A stretch of 64,000 nucleotides of DNA from positions 3,776,001 through 3,840,000 of the forward strand of contig OZ242260.1 of NCBI GenBank assembly GCA_965207065.1, in the 5' to 3' direction. Both the position numbers and the translations under genes were made by a program. Every line of letters starts with the position of its first letter. The first letter of the stretch is position 1. This DNA is from a bacterium. Lineage in GTDB: Bacteria > UBA8248. Below, piece by piece: positions 19,169-28,209 of this stretch. The notes beneath the pieces were generated by a model. That model saw nothing but the letters and a program-made list of their open reading frames with translations, searched no databases and was not told the origin of the DNA.

Positions 19169-20173
19169 TTACATGAAATACTTCCGGTCGTTCATGTCCG
19201 GATACATGTCCCCCACCCACTTTGCATAGCCGTTGAACAGGAGTGTCGGCCTTCTCTCGTTCGTTCCCAGCATTCGCTCTGTGGCCTGGGACCACCTGGG
19301 GTGATTGAATTTCGGGTTGATGTTGGCCCAGAAGCCGTATTCGCTGGGCGCCGCCTTCTCCCAGAACGTGCGAGGCCGCTTATCGGTGAATTCGATGGAA
19401 ACGATGGATTTTATATTCTTGAAGCCGAATTTCCAGGGAATCACCAACCGCAGGGGCGCGCCATGCTGCTGCGGCATGGGATGCCCGTAAATACCCGTAC
19501 CCATCATGGCCAACTCGTTCATGGCCTCCTTCATGGTGAGGCCTTCCACGTAAGGCCACGGGTACCAGACCTGGAGCTGCCCCAACGCCACCTTGCGGTT
19601 TAAGAATGTTGTGAATTTGATGTATTTCGCCTTGCTCGTGGGTTCTACCTTCTTGATCAGTTCAGATATCTTAAAGCCCGTCCACGGAACGGCCATTGCC
19701 CACGCTTCCACGCAGCGGAAACGATAAAGCCGCTCCTCGAGCGTCATGCCTTTGATCAACTCGTCGATATCGTATGTTTTGGGCTTCTTGACGTGACCCT
19801 TCACCTCCACCTGCCAGGGGCGCGTCTCCATGCGCTTGGCCAGCCAGGAGATCGCCTTGTTGCCGCCGAATTCGTAGAAATTGTTGTATTCGGCCGCCAC
19901 TTTTTCATCCGTCAGGGGCCGATCCAGCGTGAATGCGGGATTCCGGCGCGCCGGGTAAAGGCCCACCGTCTGATCTTTGGGATGCGCGCCGGCATTTTTT
20001 GCCTGCGCCAGGGCGAGCGGCCCGTCACGTTCGGGCCAGTAGGGAGGCGTCACCATCTGGCTCAGCATCAGACCTGCGCCGCCCGCTAAAAACTTGCGGC
20101 GGTTCAAAAACACGGATTCCGGCGTAGCCTCACGCTCGGGCATCGACCATTCGGGCTTTTTGATAAATTTCAT
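19169..20173 (-). CDS. msrP: Protein-methionine-sulfoxide reductase catalytic subunit MsrP
   Basis: Tat motif NRRKFL, YNNFYEFG, RFRCVEAW, GAPLRL, HPRWSQATER. Confidence 0.96.
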   Translation of the reverse strand: MKFIKKPEWSMPEREATPESVFLNRRKFLAGGAGLMLSQMVTPPYWPERDGPLALAQAKNAGAHPKDQTVGLYPARRNPAFTLDRPLTDEKVAAEYNNFYEFGGNKAISWLAKRMETRPWQVEVKGHVKKPKTYDIDELIKGMTLEERLYRFRCVEAWAMAVPWTGFKISELIKKVEPTSKAKYIKFTTFLNRKVALGQLQVWYPWPYVEGLTMKEAMNELAMMGTGIYGHPMPQQHGAPLRLVIPWKFGFKNIKSIVSIEFTDKRPRTFWEKAAPSEYGFWANINPKFNHPRWSQATERMLGTNERRPTLLFNGYAKWVGDMYPDMNDRKYFM

Positions 20174-20415
20174 GTCATCCCCTTTTGGGTGGCGGCTGGA
20201 GTCTGGTGTATTCTCCAGAACAGGCGAATCGTCTTGAGCTATCCCATGGATGCGAATTCGCCTTCCATGACGGCCTTTAGAAATATATCATAGAAATCTC
20301 ACCCCGTAGTGAGAAAACCCGAAATTAAGGAAACTTTAAAGTCTGTAACTGTACACATGCACGGCGCTGGCGCGCTTTGTGAGTATTGAAACCGCCTATT
20401 GATCGAGGAGACACG

Positions 20416-21474
20416 ATGTCCGAACTGCGCTACCCCGTTGAACGCCTGGAAAATTTCATTCACGCCGTCCTGGCGGCGCACGATGTGTTGGACGATCACG
20501 CGCGCACCTGCGCCGTCCGCATGATCGAAGCCGACCTCCACGGGATGCACGGACACGGCATCTTCCGCCTACCTCCCTATTGCCGCAGAATACGCGAAGG
20601 CGGCTACAACCTGAGGCCCGACATCCGCGCCGAGCGCGAGACCGCCGTGAGCGCATTGGTCGACGGGGATAACGGCTTCGGCCAGGTGGTCGTGACGTTC
20701 GCGGCCGAACTCGCGATCCAGAAGGCGAAAGAAAGCGGACTCGCGTGGATCGGCATACACCAAGGAAACCACGCCGGCGCCGCGGGCGTTTACGCCGCCC
20801 TGCCCCTCGCGCACGACATGATCGGCATGTACATGGCCGTCGCCAACGCCAACCACATGCCCCCCTGGGGCGGCGTCGACATGCTCCTGAGCACCAACCC
20901 CATCGCCTACGCCATCCCGGCGGGCGAGGAGCCACCCTTCGTCCTCGACATGGCCACCACCGAGACCTCCTACGGCAAGGTGAAGGTCTATGCCCAGGAG
21001 GGAAAACCGATGCCCGAGGGCTGGATGATGACCAGAGACGGAAAACCCCTCACCGACGCCTCACGTGCCGAGGAGGGTTTTCTGCTCCCCATCGGAGGCC
21101 ACAAGGGCTACGGGCTGAACATGATGATCGGCGCACTCGCCGGCGTGCTGAACGGAGCGGCCTTCGGCTCGGACGTCATCGATTTCAACAAGGACTTCCA
21201 GACGCCCACGAACACCGGCCAGGTGTTCTTCGCCATGCGGCCGGACATCTTCCGGGACCTGGATGAATTCAAGGCGGAGATGGACCTGAGAATCCGCGAG
21301 ATCAGAAACTCCGCTCCCATGGAGGGCAAAGGTCCCATCCGGATTCCCGGTGAGAACCTCGCGCGCCGGAAAGATGAGATGCGCCGAGAGGGCGTGCCCG
21401 TCGCTGCACCCGTGATCGCCCAACTCAGAGAATTGGCCGAAGAGCTCGACTTAGGCGACAGACTCTCCGATTGA
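20416..21474 (+). CDS. Ldh_2 family (malate/L-lactate/L-sulfolactate-type) oxidoreductase
   Basis: GHGIFRL, DGDNGFG, STNPIA, LDMATT, GGHKGYGL. Confidence 0.92.
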   Translation: MSELRYPVERLENFIHAVLAAHDVLDDHARTCAVRMIEADLHGMHGHGIFRLPPYCRRIREGGYNLRPDIRAERETAVSALVDGDNGFGQVVVTFAAELAIQKAKESGLAWIGIHQGNHAGAAGVYAALPLAHDMIGMYMAVANANHMPPWGGVDMLLSTNPIAYAIPAGEEPPFVLDMATTETSYGKVKVYAQEGKPMPEGWMMTRDGKPLTDASRAEEGFLLPIGGHKGYGLNMMIGALAGVLNGAAFGSDVIDFNKDFQTPTNTGQVFFAMRPDIFRDLDEFKAEMDLRIREIRNSAPMEGKGPIRIPGENLARRKDEMRREGVPVAAPVIAQLRELAEELDLGDRLSD

Positions 21475-22332
21475 TCACGCGAGGCTAATCAGCGCGCCGC
21501 CTGCAACGATGAAAGCCGCGCCCAGCACCATGAGCGGCGTCAGCGGCTCCATGCCCTGTGGCAAAAACCGCGAGAAGAGCAGCACGAACAGGGGTTGGGC
21601 CGAGGTGATCGGCGTCACGACGACGATGCGCCCCTCCTCGAGCGCGAAGAAAAGCGCCGTAAGGGCCGAGAAACTGGCGATTCCCACGAGCACAAAATAA
21701 AAGAGTCCCTTCCCGGTGAAGTTCTTGCGGGCGCTTTTGGAATTCGCCAGGACAAAAGCCATGACAATGCTCGACGTTCCCGCCATCACGAAAATCGCGA
21801 GCGTCTTGTAGGGCACGTCGGGCGAGGAGTAGCGGATGATGAGGTCGCGCATGACCCAGATGAGCGTGGCCCCGATGGCGTAGGCGATTCCGGTAAGCGC
21901 CCACGAGCGCATTTCATCTTTCCTGATCGACAAGACGATGATGCCGCAGACGATGAGCGCGGTTCCCGCGGCGAGGACAGGCGTGAGCTGCTCGCCGAGA
22001 AGCAATACGGCCAGCGTGCTCGAGAAGAGCGGCCCCAGACCGCGCAGGATTCCCGAAGGCGCCGCCCCGATGCGCTGAACGCCCGCGAACTGAAACGTCC
22101 TCGATATGCTGGGGGTGATTATGCCGAGCCCCACGAACCAGAGCAGGTGCGGGTTGGCGAAAGCGCTCATCGGCACGCTCGCCGCTATCCAGGGCAGATA
22201 GAGCAGCGTCACCACGGCCGAAGCAACGAAACCGCCGAACACAGGCGTCGCCTCCCGCGTCGCAAGACGCGAGAAGATGAACGTCAGCGCGAAAAAAGCC
22301 GACGCCGCAACGGCCAGGGGAATTTCGGTCAA
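21475..22332 (-). CDS. DMT/EamA family transporter
   Basis: Hydrophobic, duplicated EamA pattern (LLLGEQLT). Confidence 0.88.
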   Translation of the reverse strand: MTEIPLAVAASAFFALTFIFSRLATREATPVFGGFVASAVVTLLYLPWIAASVPMSAFANPHLLWFVGLGIITPSISRTFQFAGVQRIGAAPSGILRGLGPLFSSTLAVLLLGEQLTPVLAAGTALIVCGIIVLSIRKDEMRSWALTGIAYAIGATLIWVMRDLIIRYSSPDVPYKTLAIFVMAGTSSIVMAFVLANSKSARKNFTGKGLFYFVLVGIASFSALTALFFALEEGRIVVVTPITSAQPLFVLLFSRFLPQGMEPLTPLMVLGAAFIVAGGALISLA

Positions 22333-22407
22333 CGCATGCCTCGTCTCAGAATGAAAAAGCGCCCCCGGACCACACGCCAGGGGCGCCGATTCAGGACAAT
22401 CACCTGC

Positions 22408-23646
22408 TCAATCCTGAATGATCAACTCCTCGCAATAGGGAGCGCGCGTCATGTAGACGGGTTCATCCTCGGTGATGAGAATATGATCCTCGATGCGCAC
22501 GCCGGCCCCGCCCGGAATTCCCGGAACGAAGATGAGCGGCTCGATGGCGAACGTCATCCCCGGCACGAAGTCCACGCTCTCGGCCCCGGGCATCACCTCG
22601 CCCACGTAGGGCGGTTCGTTGGGCGATATACCGCAGCCGTGCCCGATGAAGAGTTTAATGAAATTATCCTCGAGACCCGCGGAACGAGCGACTTCCAGGA
22701 ACTCCGCCGCCGAGTCGTCGTTCGTGTAGCCGGGGCGCATCTTGGCGATACCAGCCTTGAGCGCCTTGTAGACGGTCGTATACACCTTTTGCTGCATGGG
22801 ATGGGGCGGGCCGCCGGCCACCTTCGCGCGTCCGCAGTCGCCGAAATAACCGTTCCAGCAGGCCCCGATGTCGATGAAGACGATATCCGCGTTTCTGATG
22901 ATCTTATCGGTGGGAAAGCGCGTCGGCGGCGCCATGTGCTCGCCCGAGGCGACGAACGGGGACGCCAGATGCCCGAACTCCCCGCCGTGAGTGAAGAGCG
23001 TCTTCATGGCCTCGGCCGCCACGTCGAACTCGCGCACGCCCGGCACAGCGTGGTTCAGCGCCGTGATGGTCACGGCGTCGGCGATGGCGCACGCCTGGTG
23101 GAGGCAGGCTATCTCGTCCGGCGTCTTCTGAACCCGGCTCATGTACATGAACTGCTCGCCATCCACGAAGTTGGCTTCGGGGAAATATTTTTCGATCATC
23201 GCCCGCTGGGTGAACGTGTGCCCATCCAGCCCGATGGTGCCGTTCGAAACCCCCCAGTCATCGAATCGCGTCTTGATGTCGATCCCCACCGTGTGCTCGA
23301 CGAGACCGGGCTCCTCCAGGATGCCGATAGGCACGTAATCGTCTATCCAGGGCATGCACTCTTCGATGCGGTGCGCCTCGCCGCTCGAGGCGAGCAGCGT
23401 CGGATTACCTTCCTGCCTGAGCAGTACGCCGTAGGTGGTGGAGGAGCGGTACTGAATCATGATGACGCGTGCGCTGGTCAGGTAGCGCACGTTCTCGTCC
23501 TTCCAGAGTATGAGGGCGTCGATACCCTGTTCCTTCATCGCCGCCTGGGTTTTCTCGACGCGTTCTCTGCGCATCCGGTCCATGTCGATGCGGTGCTCCC
23601 AGTCGACCATCATCGAGCCGCGCGCCCACGTGGGGTAGTCCGTCAT
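22408..23646 (-). CDS. M24 Xaa-Pro peptidase family protein
   Basis: Metal ligands in FIDIG, YFGD, GHGCG, IEP, RIED; ATG 23646 after GAGGAGG. Confidence 0.9.
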   Translation of the reverse strand: MTDYPTWARGSMMVDWEHRIDMDRMRRERVEKTQAAMKEQGIDALILWKDENVRYLTSARVIMIQYRSSTTYGVLLRQEGNPTLLASSGEAHRIEECMPWIDDYVPIGILEEPGLVEHTVGIDIKTRFDDWGVSNGTIGLDGHTFTQRAMIEKYFPEANFVDGEQFMYMSRVQKTPDEIACLHQACAIADAVTITALNHAVPGVREFDVAAEAMKTLFTHGGEFGHLASPFVASGEHMAPPTRFPTDKIIRNADIVFIDIGACWNGYFGDCGRAKVAGGPPHPMQQKVYTTVYKALKAGIAKMRPGYTNDDSAAEFLEVARSAGLEDNFIKLFIGHGCGISPNEPPYVGEVMPGAESVDFVPGMTFAIEPLIFVPGIPGGAGVRIEDHILITEDEPVYMTRAPYCEELIIQD

Positions 23647-23903
23647 TGCTTCTTCCTCCTCGAAAAACAAAGATTTCGGCCTGAAATTATCGAGTCTGCA
23701 AACGATTGTTCTGAATATGAAATTCGCGGCGACGCTAGCACCCGCGCCCTGGCCTGTCAAGAAAACGCGGGCGGGGCGGCTTGTCGAATGCGTGCAAAAG
23801 AGATGGATACCTCCGCATCGTTGACTTGAAGGCCCGGCCTCGCTACTTTCGGCGCAAAGGACTTGCAACAAGCGCATTCACCAAATCAACATGGAGAAGT
23901 CCC

Positions 23904-24671
23904 ATGAGCCTGGTCAATTACGAAGTGAAGGATAAAATCGCCACTATCACCCTGAACCGGCCCGAGAAGCTCAATGCCTATACCGAAGAGATGGTGGACG
24001 AGATGTACGAAGCCTGCCAGAGATTCGCCAAGGACGACGACGCCTGGACGGCCATCGTCACAGGCGCAGGCGATCGCGCGTTCTGCGCAGGACACGACCT
24101 CACCCTGGTCGTGGAAAGCGAAGGACAATACAAGGATCACGACTCTCCCACAGTGTGGTACGGAGAATTCGAGATATACAAACCCATGATCGCCGCGGTG
24201 AACGGCTACGCCTTCGGCGGGGGGTGTTCCCTGGCGCTCTCGTGCGACATCCGGATCGCATCTGAAAACGCAGTGTTCGGCTACCCGCAGCCCAAGTACG
24301 GCGCGATGAGTCTGGGCGGCCACCAGCGGATGCCCAAGACCATCCCGCCCGGCATCGCCATGGAGTTCATGCTCACAGGGAGGCACATCCCGGCGGAAGA
24401 AGCCGCACGCTGGGGTATGGTGAACAAGGTGGTGCCCCAGGACGCCCTGATGGACGAGGCGCGCGCCATGGCCGCCCTCATCAACGAGAACGCGCCCTTA
24501 TCCGTCCGGCACACGAAAGAGGCGGTGCTCAAGGGTCTGAGAACGCCCGACGTTCGCGAAGGAATCGCCATGGCAAAACTCATCAGCTATCGACTCCAGA
24601 CCTCACAAGACACGCAAGAGGGTCTCGCGGCCTTCATGGAGAAGAGAAAACCCGAATGGCAGGGCCGTTAG
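23904..24671 (+). CDS. Enoyl-CoA hydratase/isomerase family protein
   Basis: ITLNRPEKLNA, AFCAGHDL, AVNGYAFGGG, FMEKRKPEW; the usual catalytic Glu residues are not evident. Confidence 0.92.
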   Translation: MSLVNYEVKDKIATITLNRPEKLNAYTEEMVDEMYEACQRFAKDDDAWTAIVTGAGDRAFCAGHDLTLVVESEGQYKDHDSPTVWYGEFEIYKPMIAAVNGYAFGGGCSLALSCDIRIASENAVFGYPQPKYGAMSLGGHQRMPKTIPPGIAMEFMLTGRHIPAEEAARWGMVNKVVPQDALMDEARAMAALINENAPLSVRHTKEAVLKGLRTPDVREGIAMAKLISYRLQTSQDTQEGLAAFMEKRKPEWQGR

Positions 24672-24744
24672 TATAAATTGCCTGTCCGTCTCTCCATTCA
24701 CATTAGGTGTAATGCGCATATATCTTCATACGAGGAACCCATAG

Positions 24745-25782
24745 ATGAATGATGCACCGAAAATCGGCATGGCCTTCATCGGTCTCGGCTGGTGGGGCGC
24801 CGTGCTCGCAGACGCCGCCCTCGCCTCCGGAAAAGTGAAGGTGACCGGCGGCTTCGCTCGCACGCCCTCTACCCGCGAAGAATTTATCGGGAAATACGGT
24901 GGGAAGAACTTCGCCTCCATCGACGAGGTGATGGCCGACTCCGAGACAGAGGCCGTCGTTATCGCCACGGCAAACTCCGTCCACAAGGAGATCGCAGTCG
25001 CCGCCGCGCGCGCGGGCAAGCACGTTCACCTGGAAAAACCGATGGCGCTCAGCGTCTCGGACGCGAAAGCGGTTGAGCAGGCGTGTAAAGACCACGGCGT
25101 GAAACTCCACATGGGGCAGAACTTCCGGCGCTGGCCGATGTTTCGCAAGGCGAAGGAAATCGTCGAAAGCGGAAATCTGGGGCTGGTGAACTACACGGTC
25201 GCCACGTTTTCCAATAACCACGGCTTCACCTCCGGCCCCAAGAGCATGCGGTGGGACGCCACGGAAAACCCGGGTGGGCCGCTCTACAGCTACACCATCC
25301 ACCTGGGCGACATTATGGAATATCTCTTCGGCGACGTGGAAGAGGTGAACGCCGCATGCGCCAAGGTGGGCGGCCCGAACCCCCAGGAAGACGCCGCCGC
25401 CGCCATCTTGCGCTTCAAGAGCGGGCTGATGGGCGTCATTTCGAGCAGTTATCTGGCTCCCTTCCACTTCGCCTTCGACGTTCAGGGCACCGAAGCGAAC
25501 CTGAGCCTTTCCACGACGGAAAACCCGACTCTCAAGCGGCCCATCGACCTGATGGGCGGTCTGGAAACAGAGACAGTGGAGCTCGACCATGATCTCGTAG
25601 AGGGGAGACTCCTCGCGAACCGCGAGCAGTTCGACGACCTGATCGGCGCGATCCGAGAGGACAGGGACCCGGAAGTCACCGGTCGCCACGGTGTGCGGGC
25701 GCTCGCCATCATGCGGGCGATTCTCAAGAGCAACGCAGAGAGACGGATTGTGACAATCGAGGAGATTCTGGAGTCCGACTAG
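24745..25782 (+). CDS. Gfo/Idh/MocA family oxidoreductase
   Basis: IGLGWWG, GKHVHLEKPMA, GGPL...IH. Confidence 0.92.
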   Translation: MNDAPKIGMAFIGLGWWGAVLADAALASGKVKVTGGFARTPSTREEFIGKYGGKNFASIDEVMADSETEAVVIATANSVHKEIAVAAARAGKHVHLEKPMALSVSDAKAVEQACKDHGVKLHMGQNFRRWPMFRKAKEIVESGNLGLVNYTVATFSNNHGFTSGPKSMRWDATENPGGPLYSYTIHLGDIMEYLFGDVEEVNAACAKVGGPNPQEDAAAAILRFKSGLMGVISSSYLAPFHFAFDVQGTEANLSLSTTENPTLKRPIDLMGGLETETVELDHDLVEGRLLANREQFDDLIGAIREDRDPEVTGRHGVRALAIMRAILKSNAERRIVTIEEILESD

Positions 25783-25926
25783 GCCCGAAACATGACTATC
25801 GCAAGATAGTCCTGATTCGCGTATAATTCTCACTCGTTAGCCCACCGCATCTCTGTGACTTGTTCCGCCCGGACTCGTTTCGGAAACGGCTTTCCCATGG
25901 GCAGGCGCCGCGATACACCGGATTTC

Positions 25927-26712
25927 ATGAGCTCTAACAAACTCCCGGCACTGGCATACAGACCCGCTGCCCAGGAGCGCGAACTCACCGGAAAACTCAT
26001 CGCTTCCACGAGCGCGGACGAGCGCGAAGCGCTGGGCCAGAAACTGCTCGACAACATTTGCCGCAGCCTCAAAATCCCCAGGACGCGCCTGCGCGTGTTC
26101 GAAAAGCGCCAACCCCACAAGCTGCGCGGCGGAAAACTCGCCTACAAGCTCTATGGCACCTATAACTGTGAAACCGCGGTGATCGAAATCGCCAACCTGA
26201 CTTCGGTTCGCAAGCAGGTTGTCGCGGGCAAGACGTTTCTCGATACCCTCATCCACGAACTCATGCACCACATCGACAGAAAATTTCTCCGAATTCCCTC
26301 CACGCCCCATAGCCCCGGCTTTTACAAACGCATCGAGGACCTCAAAACCAAACTCATGCGCATGAAGAGCGGGGAGCGGGTACCCCCGCAAGAAGCCGCC
26401 TGGGAGCGACCCAGAGACCTGACGGCGGCTCTCGAGGCGGCGGCCGCAAACGCCCGTGGGAAAAACGATAGTCAAGACCGGCAACAGACAAATGAGGCGA
26501 TCGCGGAGGATGTTCGGCCCGAAACGAGAAAATCCAGGTTGTCCCCACAGGATGAAACGGAATCCCTCTTTCCGGCGCCACCAGGTGAACCAAGCGCAGC
26601 GAAACCCCGGAAAAAACCACCACGCGCGCGCGAAGGAGTGAGCACGCCTCCGAAAAATCCCCAAAAAGTCGCTTCGGGAGAGAAAGAACCGCAGCTGTCG
26701 TTCGATTATTAA
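25927..26712 (+). CDS. SprT-like HExxH zinc metalloprotease domain with low-complexity tail ending QLSFDY
   Basis: TLIHELMHH...HSPGFY; Pro/Lys/Glu-rich C-terminal half; start uncertain (25855, 25897 or 25927). Confidence 0.7.
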   Translation: MSSNKLPALAYRPAAQERELTGKLIASTSADEREALGQKLLDNICRSLKIPRTRLRVFEKRQPHKLRGGKLAYKLYGTYNCETAVIEIANLTSVRKQVVAGKTFLDTLIHELMHHIDRKFLRIPSTPHSPGFYKRIEDLKTKLMRMKSGERVPPQEAAWERPRDLTAALEAAAANARGKNDSQDRQQTNEAIAEDVRPETRKSRLSPQDETESLFPAPPGEPSAAKPRKKPPRAREGVSTPPKNPQKVASGEKEPQLSFDY

Positions 26713-26910
26713 TTTTCTACAATCTACTTTAGATAAACAATATTAAAACTTGAAATAAAAAGTGAAAAAAACTCAAGAAATCTACCCTTCAAGGACCGTC
26801 TTTCGTTCCCACGTTCGGGCGGTTGTGTTTCACTCTGCGATTGGGTAAACAAAGGGACTGGGCATACGCCTTCATACAAACAAACGAATATCGCAGAGGA
26901 GTTTCCTTCT

Positions 26911-27603
26911 ATGAGACCGGCTAACGATTCCGTCCCGAAACCCTGGGGACCGCTGGCGGGTTTTTGGTCCTGGCAATACCTGAACCTGTGGAAGACCATC
27001 AAACTCGTCACGAGCAAACGGGTCAAGAGTTTTTATGAAAAATTTCCGAACGTCCTTCCCCCCGGCGCCGATTTCCCCGACTTCGAACTCAAAGACATTC
27101 AAGGAAACAGCCACCGCATGTCGGACTATCTGGGCAAGAAATACGTGGTGATGACCACGGGGGCCATCACGTGACCGCCATACAGGCGGCAGGTGCCGTT
27201 TTATGAAGAGTTGCAGGAGAAATACGCGGACCGCGACGTAGTGGTCTTCAATCTCTACGTGAGGGAACCCCACGCAGGCGAGCGCGGATTCCCCGAGATC
27301 AGAAACCATGAATCCTACGAGCACAAGCGGAGCTACGCGCAAGAGCTGGCCGATATCAAGAACATGGAAACCAACATCCTCGTCGACGAGATGGACCAGA
27401 AGGTCCACGCCATGCTCGGAGACCTGCCGAACACCATCTGGCTCATCGGCAAGGACGGGAAAGTGGCTTACAAATGCACCTGGTCGAACGCCGAACACGT
27501 GGATGAATATCTGGCCCGGATGGTGAACGAAGACCCCGCATTCGAGGGAATGCCAAGAATCGAGCAAACCATCTTCACCGCTCGCGCGAGCACCGCGATC
27601 TAG
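26911..27603 (+). CDS. Deiodinase-like thioredoxin-fold selenoprotein (UGA 27172-27174 read as Sec88; 230 aa)
   Basis: ORFs 26911..27174 and 27193..27603 are in one frame; read-through gives GADFPDFEL...TGAIT-U-PPY...LYVREPH...LVDEMD...GDLPN...GKVAY. Confidence 0.88.
27185..27200 (+). promoter_or_regulatory. Putative bacterial SECIS hairpin
   Basis: GGCGGC-AGGT-GCCGTT starting 11 nt after the UGA. Confidence 0.65.
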
Positions 27604-27621
27604 CCGGACAAGTCGTTCATC

Positions 27622-27652
27622 AGCGCCCCCTCGTGAGTGGGGGCGTTTTTTC
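27622..27652 (+). terminator. Intrinsic terminator after the selenoprotein gene
   Basis: cgccccc-tcgtgagt-gggggcg followed by a T-tract. Confidence 0.7.
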
Positions 27653-27681
27653 TGCATCACAAACCATGGAGGAATCGGGAC

Positions 27682-28206
27682 ATGGATGCGCCGACTATCA
27701 TCAAAGAGCGCCTCGAAGCCTACGGGATGAGGCTGAGAGAGGTTATGGAAGACGTCACCGATGAGGACTTGACCCTTCAACCCGGTCCGAACGACAACCC
27801 CATGGGCTGGCTCATCTGGCACATGACGCGCTTTGAGGACAGGACATTTTCGTTCCTCGGCGGAACGCAGGAGCTTTGGATAGAGGGGAAATGGCACGAG
27901 CGCTTCAGCATGGAGCCCGACCCCGAATGCACCGGCGTGGGCTTCACGCTCGAACAGGTTCTCGCGCTTGAAGTCAGCAAGGACGCCCTGATGGGTTATT
28001 TCGAAGCGGCGAGAGAGAAGACTCTCGCCTGCCTCTCAAGTCTGAGCGCGGCGGACTTGGATCGGGAAGAAGTCGACTTCGCCAGCAAGAAGCCCATGAA
28101 ACTCGGACTGGTGCTGGGCAGGTACTTGGGCGATCACATCTCCCACATCGGACAAATCTGCTATCTCAGGGGCCACATCGCAGGCTGGGGGCGATACCCC
28201 ACATAG
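27682..28206 (+). CDS. DinB family protein
   Basis: NPMGWLIWHM...ED, HISHIGQICYLRG; GGAGG RBS. Confidence 0.9.
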   Translation: MDAPTIIKERLEAYGMRLREVMEDVTDEDLTLQPGPNDNPMGWLIWHMTRFEDRTFSFLGGTQELWIEGKWHERFSMEPDPECTGVGFTLEQVLALEVSKDALMGYFEAAREKTLACLSSLSAADLDREEVDFASKKPMKLGLVLGRYLGDHISHIGQICYLRGHIAGWGRYPT

Positions 28207-28209
28207 ATT

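Noticed and set aside
21595-23829. 744-aa plus-strand ORF
   Set aside because: Antisense shadow of the DMT and M24 peptidase genes; no recognisable motifs.
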